Position numbers and translations under genes: made by a program
In this document: positions 1-12,692 of the stretch, in pieces
How positions within the stretch are numbered: the first letter of the stretch is position 1
Layout of the letters: every line of letters begins with the position of its first letter
The notes under the pieces: model-generated
The model's input: the letters and a program-made list of their open reading frames with translations, nothing else
Database searches by the model: none
What the model was told of the DNA's origin: nothing
Origin: Schmidtea polychroa
Lineage: Eukaryota
Length of the DNA: 64,000 nt
Reading direction: 5' to 3'
NCBI GenBank assembly: GCA_044892525.1
Contig: CM097885.1
Location: 235,912,001 to 235,976,000, forward strand

Positions 1-509
1 CCCCTTGAAGAAACTCCAAATTCATATCAATCCATTTGTAATCGTTTATTTAATAAAATTATATTTATTAATTAAAAATATATGAAATGATAAGTTGTCG
101 CGTGATAAATTGTCTGTACACGTAAAACCATATATAAAATGTGCTAATTAATATTTACAGTTTCATCACGAATAATAAGTCAGAATGTTTAATAGTAAAT
201 GTCAAATAAGCTGTTTTGATGTTATTGGTATTGGATTGGATTGAATTGACCCTGATTGATTGTTCTGCTCCTGTCATTCATCTTTTTTCTGCATATATGT
301 TTACGCGATATTTGTTCCTTCCTAACCTGTAGTATTTCGTTAGTTCGAAGTTTTCGATTGATCTTCCAACAATTTATTATATTTGTTTTATTTACTTTTC
401 TTAATTATTATATTTTTATTATGGTTTGCTTGATGTTTTTCGTATTATTTTAAGTATTTTTCTTGCGGTGTATGTGTTGGTGCCCTACTTTGTCTTTGCC
501 TGGTTTTAG

Positions 510-2574
510 TCCAACATTACGAAGATTATGATGCACGTATTATTGCATTTTATATATATTAAAAAATTATCCAAATCACAAAACTATTATATCATTTCAA
601 TTTCAATTATTCTTTTAGTGAAAAATCAAATATTAATATTAGAAAATCAGAAGTCATTAAAAAATCTTAAACACACTGAACACAGTAAATATGGGTATCA
701 ATAAAGTCCAACATTTCATTAATATTTAGAAAGGTACAAATCACTGGATATTGAAACCAATGATAGTGGTTACACAAATTATTTTTTATTTTTTAAATGT
801 TTTTATATATATTGAAGAGAGTTTTCAAAAAGGAAGCGGGAATAGAAAATCAGGAAATAAAAATAAAAATACGGAAAATGAAAATGGCATGTATTCACTT
901 ACAGAAGAATTCAGCACCGTTAGTAGAAAAGGTTATAAATCGATTTTTTGTAATTTTTCTAGAAATTTAGATTTTTATAATTTATAATTCGTATTACAAT
1001 ATATTGTTACATATAATATATTAGCATATATTAGTTTTTCCACATTACCTAAAATTCCACTGAGTAATTGCATTAAGTTATTGTCTAAAATAAATACACA
1101 AAGATAAAGATTTTAAAGTCACATCTTGATTCGATGTTCTAATTTTTGAATTATTTAATAGAAATACTCGAATTGAAAGCTTTGAATCAAATTTGAAAAT
1201 AGTAGAACCGGATAAATATCGTTTTGCGTTAAAGGGGTAACGAAATGCAAAAAAAATGCTAATGTTCAGACCTTGCAATCTAAGTTTACCTTGCCTGTGG
1301 AGTCACAAAAGGCATACTAAAAGAGGGCTTATTTGGAGCGTTAGAGTTTCCTGACCTCCATTGGCTTAGGTCCCATTTGGCACAGTAGTCTACAGGAAAT
1401 GACCATTATGACAACTGCCTGACAATTATACTGGCCTGTGACATCCCGATAACCGAAATATACGTCAATTTACTTTTTTGCGATTGTTTTTTTAGTGTGG
1501 GCCAGAAATTTATGAAATATGGTAGAAATGACTTTGAAGCTTTAATATAAAAAAATGAAAAACGAAACTTGACTAACTTAAAATAGTTTTGATGGTATCA
1601 TATTTTTACATATTTTTGTATATTTTGTTAACCCTAAAATCCTGTGAATACCACGCCCCTGCTTTTTTTTTAAATTAAAACACGAACTTCAATAAATAAG
1701 TTATAAAATTTAAATTTTTAATTTTATCTGGCCAAAACCAATAAAATAATTGATTTATTATTTAAATCCATAAAAATAGTATCAAAAAAAAGAATCTCAT
1801 TTTCATGAGTAAAACACCTTGAAACAGTTGAACATGTTGAAATTTACAGTAATCGTGAATCAGGATGGGGATGCAATGTTAATGAAGCCTTAGTTAGAGA
1901 ATGAAAGAAAACATAAACCATTCTGGAAGCAATGAAGTCTAAAAAAGGGCCATATGAGAAAGAAGTACGCATTTACCAGTTTTGGAAGCTGAAATTAAGA
2001 CGGGATGGTAGATGTGTTTCCACAACTTCAATAAAATTAAAAGCCATTTCATTAGCAAATCATTAAAGGACTTAAGACTTCAAGGAAAGCGCCCAATGGT
2101 GTAATAAGTTATGCATATAGAAAGATAAAAAATAAAGAAAAATAAAATTATTAGATTGTTGTTTACCATTCAGTCTTTCTTCCCTATCGCGTTTCGGTAA
2201 TAGTTTTGACTTGCTTCATTTTTCTCAATAAACGCTCCACTTTTGCTTTTGTAAATGGAATTACTGCATAGATTACCAGCTAATTATAGATTTTTGGGAA
2301 CATTTCCTTTTGAAAAAGTTTCAAGTGATTTGAAACAGATTTTGTTTTTCGCTCAGTCATTTCTGCCACGTCTCCACTTCTCCAACGAATGAATCAAAAG
2401 ATCTTCAAGTTTTTACTATAAAATTCAAAAGGTCTTCACGGGTTCAGCTTCACATTTTCATCAACTTTTCATTACTCATTGTAAATGAGTTTGCTGAATG
2501 CAGACAGAACACTTGTTCTCTTGTTCTTAAAGATGATGATAATAATAATAATAATGATAATAATAATAATAATG

Positions 2575-2666
<92 letters not shown>

Positions 2667-5647
2667 GATATACAAAAAATAAAGTTTATCCTTATCATAC
2701 CAGTTTTTTGGAAATTGTAATGATATTTTATCTTTTTTTTATATTCTTCTTTTTTCTTTCGAAATGGGAAGGTAATTTGTCCGTCAGTGCCCCTTTGTCT
2801 ATGAGCCTGCTCCTTTAAATAGTTTGCGATTTGGCTAGGATTTCCTATAGAATAGTCACTATTTATTGGCCGCACTGTGTTACTCGAACTACATTCACAG
2901 AAAGGAGTATTTTAAATAAACACCTTGTTTTTTCATTTATATATTTCTATTCTTTCATATTTAACTAACTAACTAAATTTTATTATTTCTAATATTTAGA
3001 TTCCAAATCTGATTTTACCACAAAAGGTAACCCTCATTTATTTAGAAATTATACTTAGATCTTTTTCAAATTTTTTCATTAGAAATGGAAAAGAGAACTT
3101 TAATTGAGAAAATACATCTATTGGAATCTGATTTAAAACGTTTTAAAAAATATTTTTCTTTAATAAATAATATTAATTTCTCTAGATAAGCATGAGGCTA
3201 TTTTAAAAATTCGTAAAAAATATCAAGATAGTCGAGTCAACAGTCAAGAGTTGATAGAATTTAAAAAATATAAAGCCCGATGTCTTTTTTTAGAAAATCA
3301 AAACGAAGAATTTCAACAGAAAATTGAAAGTCTAACAGATTTGAATCGGTTGGATTTTTTTAATGTTATTTAATATTTGTGAGGTCGAGAAAAATTTATC
3401 ATACATTTGTATCATTTATTCGTAAAAACTAATGGAATTAGACTAACACTCATATGACGAGACTTTCTTTCATTTCGATATAGATTGAATTATTTTTAAT
3501 TCTTAACACTAGAACCGTCAAAGAAGTCATTTCGACGTTTTGTGGCATATCTTGTATTGTAGTTTCCAAAAGGTGAAACTTTGAAACTCTATGACATTTC
3601 ATGAATTATAGTTTACATTTTTGAAAGTCTGAAACAAATATTAATTATTTATAAAAATTTAATTTAATAAAAATCAGTGGCTAGGAGAATCGCCAGTATA
3701 ATAGGATTCAGTGTGCCTTTGAAACATTACAAAGACCAAATGTGCAAAATGAAGAGTCGAAGTTCAAAGAAGAATCTAGAAAAGAAGACAGGTGCTAGGA
3801 CAATTGGCAGAAGATAGTGGGTTATCTGCAAAATAGAAGATTGTACGTTTTCTAAAGAGTGTTTGAGGTTGATTTCAATGGCTTTGGTGATGGGTCTCAT
3901 TGATGAAAAGTCCATTTTAACAATATTTCTCCCAATAAGCAAACTACAATTTCGGAAATTTGTTAACATAAATTACCACTTGAATTACACATCAACAAAA
4001 TAGAAAAATTCATAACATACCCAAAATAATGCTTCAAATAAAAGAACATAGTTATGTCACATGTACACTGAAAATTCGTGAATACAAACTCTAAACAACC
4101 AGTAGAAAAAGTTATGATAAAACAAAGTTGTGATATCGTTTTGGGGAGTGTTTTGTATGAATATTTCGCCTGTCCAGTGGTAACGTATTTCAGTATAGGA
4201 ATTAGGCAATGCAGTTGTTGATGACTTGATTCGCTGTTGATGGTATCGAAATTTTTGTTGATTTTAATCAGTTTCCCATGTAAGATTTATATAGATTTCG
4301 ATAAGGCTGTCTAAAGGCTCACTACAAATAGGAAACAATATCGACTTATTCGTCTTAATGACTTGAACTCAAAATTTGGATTTTTATTGGAGGTTCAGAG
4401 TTTTGTTAATTGCGAGGATTTGAATACTCATTGCCCAAATTACTCTTACTTAGCAAATCTTTATGACATTAATGTCGATGACAGAACTGTTCAATAAAAA
4501 TTCTACTTACTACGATAGGTGGTGGTTTACCGTCGACGACCTTGGACCTTATTTCTTTCTTTGTATCCTGTGTTGATAATATCTTTCCCAATTTCAGCAT
4601 TGCTCTGCAAATTCCTTTAACAATTAAATCTTATTCAGATTTTTTGACTCCTCGTAGGTGTGATATTTAATTTATAATTGTTATAGCGAGAACGGCCTAT
4701 CAAAGGAGCGAAAATATAGTCAAATTGTCGTAACGGTTGAAAAATAAAGCAAGAAAATGAAACGCGAAAATATATGAAGTGACATTTAGAGCGGCATATT
4801 TCAAATCCTTTCAGTTTGCGGTGGTTTCTCATAGGGTCACTTGTCCCTCGTGTCAAGTGAAGTCCGTTTGTTTCTTAGTGATTTTGTAGTAAAACTAAAA
4901 CTTTGGTTGATTTTCTTATTCTGATCAAAAATAATGAGCTCCTTCCTAATATTAACTCGGCAGAAGAATTCTTATTGTATGTTGCAGTTCAATTTTTAAT
5001 TGTCTGTTTATATCTATAACGATTATTTGTAAGTGTAAATTATATGTACACCAGATTTTGATTTTTGAAAATTGAATGAATTGTAAAACACTAATTAAAA
5101 CAAAATTAGTTGCCTTTTCCATATGATTCTAGGATATTTCAGATTTCTTGAATGTGGATTTTTGGCTTTGTTATTGATTAATAATTATAATTTGTAACGT
5201 TTTCGAATTTCTATTTTTTTCATAAGTTTTTTCATATTTTTACATTTTAGGAACTTAAAAGACCAACTGAATTTAGCTAAACAAGAAAATAATTATTTAC
5301 TATCAGATATAGAAAATATTAAATTGCTTAATTTGAAGAAAGGAAAATACAAATCCGAAGGGTTACAATAATATTTCCATTGAATTCAGTGAAATTATTA
5401 TATATTTTACAATACTTTTAGAAATATATATTCAAAAGTACTTAACAAAAAAAGCGAAACAAAGAATGAAATTTTAGATTCAAATTTTAATACGAAAAGG
5501 AGTGGCAACAAAACAAATTCTCATTTCAGTTTTGAAAGATATCAAGAAATTTCACCTAGAAATGTTAATTATTTTATTCCAAATGTTTTATAATTTTAAT
5601 TTCAGAACTTTCCTTCCTGGTGGTCCAAACATATCCCAAATGTCTAA
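510..5647 (+). CDS. 3' part of a multi-exon host gene, unknown coiled-coil protein (exons 510-536, 619-684, 730-768, 818-931, 3000-3026, 3083-3139, 3186-3348, 5251-5361, 5422-5563, 5606-5647); 5' end unresolved
   Basis: Manual splicing. Ten GT-AG-bounded exons join with consistent phases into one open frame (...EMEKRTLIEKIHLLESDLKHKHEAILKIRKKY...NFPSWWSKHIPNV*). Most introns are 42-82 nt and AT-rich. Confidence 0.55.
1880..2115 (+). mobile_element. Degraded pogo/Tigger-like transposase fragment (CENP-B-type HTH)
   Basis: Broken translation STTSIKLKAISLA...DFKES AQWCNK resembles the HTH-CENPB 'FKAS.GW..KF' segment; contains stops. Confidence 0.35.
2535..2664. repeat. (AAT)n microsatellite
   Basis: Direct reading; it explains the poly-I/poly-L ORFs. 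Confidence 0.95.
3503..4170 (+). mobile_element. Possible decayed piggyBac-like remnant in an intron
   Basis: TTAACACTAGAAC terminus-like motif at 3503, followed by a broken 'ISKLQFRK' segment and a Cys-rich-tail-like region. No partner end found. Confidence 0.25.
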
Positions 5648-5899
5648 ATTTTTCTATTAGTAAAGCCATATCACTTTTTATCTATGGTCAGCTTTACATA
5701 TTTTGAATGGTTTTTAAGATGTTATTACTTCTAATGCTTAAAACGCTTTACTTGATTAATTTTCGAAAATTATTTTTTATTTTAATTTAATTAATTATTT
5801 AAAACCATTTTTTGATTTTGATTTTCGAAAATCAATTGAAAATGAATTTGTAGAAATTCTAAAGTACTAAAAGTTCGTTTTAGATAAAATAGGGATTTA

Positions 5900-8800
5900 T
5901 TTGTTCGGGCGACATAAAATCTTGAACAGTGAGCTCTGGTATCTTGAAACTTGTACGTCGTTTTCTATCTTGAATTTATTGGTCAGCACAACTATATTTT
6001 TGCAATGACCTATGAATCTTTAAAATATCCATTCAACAATGGGCACTATCACTTGTTCCAAAGCTATGAATGTGTCTTTAATGCACAGATAGGCAATGAG
6101 ATCATCATTATTGCTGGGTATGTTGGCGAGTAAGTGATATTTCATTTAAAGTGTATAATTACTTATAGATTTATTATCGACTCTTCCATAAACTCCTTCA
6201 TGATTATTTTCTTACCATCCGCGTATCCATGGCAACAATTATGTTGGTAATGTACACAGTGGCTGAAAATCAATGAGCAGATGAGCTCCAATACTAGAAC
6301 TACTCCTTATTCCCTTTTCATTTTCGAGTTCAAGATTGTAGGTAGAATGTCTTAAGTTACTTTTGATTATCTATCCTTTTCTTACATTATTGTTTCTCCT
6401 TGTTCGATTAATTATGGTCCTCACTACTTGATGATATTCAATGTTACCTTCGGAAATTTTGCGCGGGGATCCGCCCTTATTTACTATTTTCTAAATGTTG
6501 TCCTAGATTTTGTACAATAATTGTGCTTTTCAAAATATTTGAGTAGGGATCTGTCCTTATTTCTAGTTCTGAGCTATGTGGAATCTAATTGCTAACTATT
6601 CGGGACAGTCGAACGTTATCTATCTTAAATAGTATGCCACTTTAATTTGATTTTGGTTTTTCCTAACCGACACCTCAGAATACCTAACAGTCATTCTGGA
6701 CAGTTTTGCGTAGAGTTTTCTCCGTTGGGACGACACTTGGATCGTTCCAGTTTTCCCTCAAATCTATCTTCTCTAACCTCATGAGAACAAATCTGTCCTC
6801 TTTGTTCCACCCGGATTCCAAACAGTGACAATCGTTGAAGATACAACCTGTAGGGATATGATATAAGATGCCTCGAAGAGCTCGCCTGTCTACACCCCTA
6901 GTTTCCGCTCACCCGAGCTACCGACAGACTGGTCCTTGACCACACTGAAATCTCCCCAAACTCCAAGGAAGTCCGCTTTAGGTTCTCCTTTGTGTTCATG
7001 GAACCTTCAGTTGATACACATTCGATAATAATTAAGGGCTGTCTCTAAGGCATGATCAAGTTTCATAGAAATAGACAATAAAAATAACAAAAATTAAATA
7101 AAACGTTAATATTTATTCGCTTATAAATTACCTTACACCTAAATAAAACTTACTAACAAAGCATAAAATTCATAAATCACCGAAAAACTGAGAGCAAGTT
7201 GGTTAACAAGTTAGTTGATAAATTTTTAACTTTTGAAAATGGATTTTCGGCTGGTATTTATATTGATTTGTGTTGTCTTACTACGCATTTCTTGCCACTC
7301 TTTCAAATCTGATCGAAAGTACAGAAATGAGCTAAATAGTTAGAGAGTAACCAGACCCGGTGATGCGAATGAAGAGCTGGTACCTTATTGGAAGTGGAAC
7401 TTTGTTTCTATTACCCTCGACAAATTTGGATAATTCTACGGATGAAAGTAAAATTATTAGAACCGCAAATAATGTTGTTATTAATGACGAAATATAATAA
7501 TTATCTAACTCCTAATACTTAGATTTTTACGAAAATGAAGAGAATAACCATGAGTTTATTATCCATGTAATATTTGTAATATCCCTTAATCATCATAACG
7601 CTTCATAATAATAACATAATTTCTAAGTTATCACTATTGGTACTGTCTAAAACCATGACCAGCTCACCAGTAAACTTTATACTAATAATTATAATAATAT
7701 CGTGATATGGTTAGAAGAAAAGAAAAATATTATCAACTAAACAATGACACTCAAAATAATCATGCTCATACGGAATTATTATAAGGAAGTAAGAACCATA
7801 ACAAGAAGGATAAGCAGTATGAGCATAATAAGAATAATAATAATGATTTTACTAATGAGAATACTTATAATATGACTAGTAATAATAATGATGACGATAA
7901 TGATAACAATTATAATAGCATTGAAATGCTGCAGCGACTACAGCGCGCTAACGATGCAGTTGTACCGCGCACTACGATTCTGCGCTCAATTGTCAGTGCG
8001 CAATAGTCGGTGCGCTCCAATGATAGTAATATTGGTAATGTTGAGTTTTATGATGAAAAAAGTTGACCGTTGTTTACTCTGACTCCACGTGTCCCAAAAT
8101 TGAGAAACACAAACACCCAACGTATATTTGTTTATAGCAAACTTACGATTCTCAATAAATGATAACAACCTTTAGTTAACCACGATTCTGTTCACAATTC
8201 CTGATCTACCTTCGCTTGGGAAAGTCTTGACCTTGTGCGATTTAAAAATAAGTTTCACCTTTTTATTTGATTCCACTCTCTGATTCCTCTCTCTAAAAAT
8301 ATATAAAACACCAAGTAAACAATGATAATAGAGAGATAATATACCCAAAAATAAAACATCTGAATTAAAAATAAAATAAAACACGAGCAAGAAGTATTAC
8401 ACGAAAACCTACTCAAATATAACCGAAAGACATAAAACAACAAAAAACAAATTCGAATAAAGGCGATTAGTAAAAATTCAAAAAGAAAATTAAAGAAAAT
8501 CTCCATAAAATCTTACGAAAAGAAAATTATATCGATATTTCGAATAAAAATCCAGAACAATTCATAAAAATGGCGAAATCCATCATGACCGCCAAACGAC
8601 CCAATAAAAGTTATAAAAAATAAATATTTCAGTTTAAAAAATAAAAATTTTAGAAAAGAAATCATAAAAAACAATTTAAAAATAAGAAATAGATTAAATT
8701 TAGCATGGAATGTTCTGGAAATGCTGAAATCCATCATGGAGGCAAATTTAATAAAAAATAATTCAAAAACAAAATTCCAAAAATAAAAATAAAAATTCTT

Positions 8801-9270
8801 ACTGAAAAACTGCCATCAAAATCGATAAAAATTAAAAATCGAATGTTCGAGAATTAAAATAATCTGAATTTGTTTTACTGCATCAATGCACGCATGTATA
8901 CTTACACGTCAAACAGAGGCTATATAAACTAACACATTTCGTCACTTTTTAAGGAAAAAATGCATATGCTAATGCTTACTCTTATGCCAAATTTTTGATT
9001 TTGATTTTTCTGAGATTGTAAGTAAGGACGATTTCATTGTGAATTAAAAATTATTATTATTGAAACCTTGTTTTCATTATTTCTATTTAATTATAGAGGT
9101 GTAGATTTGAATGAGATCGTCGGTTATCAATGATTTTGAAGCGAGATCCCAGCCAACCCTGCACCTATGCACTTTATCATTTATGAATGCACAGTTCATA
9201 ATGATTTCGGGTCCTCGACCCTACATGCACTAAAATCATAATCTTAACCAGAGGTCGCCACGAACTATTG
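5900..9270 (-). mobile_element. Probable heavily decayed LTR (Gypsy-like) retroelement remnant
   Basis: PBS-like TGGCGACC on the minus strand at 9260-9253. It is followed by an AT-rich leader, a broken Ile/Leu-rich reading frame (~8170-7780) and a higher-GC, stop-riddled coding-like block (~7000-5900). No intact domain read. Confidence 0.3.
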
Positions 9271-10269
9271 GTGTTTAACCATGAGTAGGGCGTATAAATC
9301 CTTCTTGGTAGTCGGCATAGTCACAGGGACTATGCGGACGAAATAATTATGGGAAACTAATTGTGGATACATATTACAATAGGGCGTATCGTACCGTACT
9401 CAGTGTAGTCGGGAAAGTAGGTAAATTTTAATTAAATTGACCTTTTCGTTAACTTACATATCTAAAATAACACTTAAATTATACTATTTTGCACACAACA
9501 TTAGGAACTGATAAACGGGGAATATCCCCTGACTCAAATTTCACACAATAGAACATGTTAGTGTAGTTGGTTATTTCTAAACGAATCCCTCTTAAACGAT
9601 AAAGTCGAGGTGAACCTAAGAAACTAATTAACTCAAAATAACAGGGAGATGCCTGCGCAAAAATTTTTAAGGCAATTAAAGACTTAAAAATTCTGAACTA
9701 TTCCCTGTAAGAATACTGCAACCTAAAGTTTATACGATGAGTAGGACCTAAGATGATATAATCTCAATCGCACTGGTAAGCGAACTAATATCTATAGATG
9801 CCCACAAAATAACCTATTTTGATGCAAACTAAATTTCTCTATCGTAATGGTCTTGGTATGCGCAAATTCCCGTAGACATATTGGCAAAGTTTCTTTATCT
9901 ATAAACTACTAATATTATATCTATAACTTATAAATTCGGGCAACATCTTCACATTATTCTACACTAAATTGAATAGCTATAAAAAGTAAATTGTCGACAC
10001 AAATGTTATGTAATTAAAATATATAGATTCATAACGAAAAAATTTTTCCATTAAAAGTGCTTTTCATTCGACTCAAAAATTGTTGAAATGATATTTTACA
10101 GGCATAAATTTCTCTAGATATGATATAGGGATCCACAAAATCGATCTACGTTAAAAGTGTTCTCCATCATAACCAAAACAAGGCTACATGGATAACTTGC
10201 AAGCATAAATATTATTTCAACATGAAGCATAAATCAAAATTAAGGAAAATATAGACTTTCAAGTACAAC

Positions 10270-12165
10270 TGTCCCACCCCTAAGAGGTGTAGCAATAAGA
10301 AAAACCTTAGGATTATTAATATAAATTATATATACATACTAGATTCTCTTGAGTATGTATTTTAATTTTCTAAGAAATTTTTTATTTTTTTTTCCTCAAA
10401 TTGTATAATAGTCAAAATCAATGTTAAAAATATTAATCTAAAATACATACATGTATAATAAACTCATAAAACTATAATTTATAAAATTTTCCCTAAATAC
10501 CCACTCAGGTTGTATAATAGCCTAAACACATGTTCAAAGAAATATTTCAAACTATAATTGCACATTTTGAACTTATAAAGTATAATTTGTAATCTTTCAT
10601 TAGTACCCCCCTAAGTTATATCATAATCAAAAGGGGTCTAATGTTAATAATATAAAGCATATATAAGCATATTAGAACTTATAAAAGTATGATTTACCTT
10701 TTTTCACAGATGCCTCCCTCAAGTAGTATGGTAGCTCAAATTTATGTCAAGAGTGCTGATTTAACTTACTTATAAATTGAAAATAAATCCATAAAATTAT
10801 AAATTATTAAACTTTCCCTAACTACCCCCTAAGTTACCGAATAGTCGAAAACAATATAAATTAACATATATATGTACAGATACCAAATTTATGAAACTAT
10901 AATTTATAATTTTTCCATAAATAACTTTCCCTTAAATCATATAACCATTAACCACTCCCTTAAAGCATTAACTTAGCCTATTTTATATATATATACTTAA
11001 CTTATATTACCTTTAAAATAATAGTGGAAAATTTTTCATTAAAGACCCCCCACATAAACCATATAGTCATAAACTACTACCTAAATATACTAAATTAGCT
11101 TATCTTAATATATATTTAACTTATAGTATATTTTAAAATATAAATTGTAAATGTTCATAAATGACCCCCTCAAACTATACATTTGGCGAGAACAATATAT
11201 ATAGTAATAAATTAACTTATATATGTACAGTTATCAAACTTAATAATTCCTCAGGTCACCTAACCATTAATTATTGTCTAAATACATTAATACATTACCT
11301 TTACGATATAAATTTGGAAAATTGTGATAAATGACCCCCCTTAATTCATATAACCATCAACCACTACCTGATACACTCATTTAGACTATTTAATATATAT
11401 CCTTAACTTAGATTACTTTTAAAATTATAGTTGAAAATTTTCCTCGAGGACCCCTCCACAAACCATATAGTCATCAACCACCACCTAAATATACTAAATT
11501 AGCTTATCTTAATATATATTTAACTTATAGTATATTTTAAAATATAAATTGTAAATGTTCATAAATGACCCCCCTCCGAATTATACATTCATTATCCATT
11601 GCATAAATATCCTAAATTAACTTATTTTAATATATATTTAACTTATAGTATATTTAAAATTCTAAATTGGAGATGTTCATAACTGACCCCCTCAAAATTA
11701 TACATTCATTGTCCATTACTTAAATATACTAAATTGACTTATTTTTAATGTATATTTAACTTATATTATATTTAAAAATGTAAATTGTAAATGTTCACAC
11801 ATGACCACCCCCCTCAAACTTATACATACTAAATTGGCTTATTTTAATATATATTTAACTTACATTATAATAAAAAATATAAGTTGTAAAATTTCATAAA
11901 TGACCCCCCCCCCCTCAGATCATATAGTCATTAATGATTACCCAAAAGTACTAATTTAATTTGTTTGCAGATATAGCCAACTTATATTACCTTTAAAAAT
12001 ATAACTTGTATTTTTTATTTAACCGACCCCCTTCAAATCATGTAGCCATTAACTATTCCTTAGGTATACTGAATTATATCATCTTCGTATAGAGTTAAAT
12101 TATATTTCAAACCAAAAAAAATAATTCCATAATTTTTCGTAAATGACCCCCCCCCCATATGTGGT
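10270..12165. repeat. Degenerate ~118-bp tandem minisatellite with C-run anchors
   Basis: AAATGACCCCC-like anchors recur (e.g. ~11563, 11681, 11799). There is also a higher-order duplication with ~404 bp offset (11099 vs 11503). Confidence 0.8.
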
Positions 12166-12227
12166 AATCTTGTAAAAATATAAACTTACATTTATTATTA
12201 TTATTAACATTATTAATATTATCGTTA

Positions 12228-12372
<145 letters not shown>

Positions 12373-12692
12373 AAAATAATTATCTTTATTTTATAAAAAT
12401 AATATTATAAACCAAATTATTGATTTTGGGATTCCCCTATCTCTAAATTTACCTTCAATGACCCTATCTTCCAATAAAATTATAGAAAACCACTAAAATC
12501 TATTTTTAGTAACAGCCCCCCCCCAGAAAACGACGACACTATTAATAATTTAAATTAAATATATAAATATGTATATGTGTATGTATATATAGATTTATAA
12601 AATAACCTTATAAAAATATAACCACCTTTCCCCCTAAAGACCCCAAGTTGTATAATAACAAGAATTAAGGTTATTGCTAGTCGCCCTATAAT

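Noticed and set aside
2450..2875. Poly-Leu/Ile/Asn ORFs (also 12100-12351 and 15308-15589)
   Set aside because: Translations of (AAT)n microsatellites.
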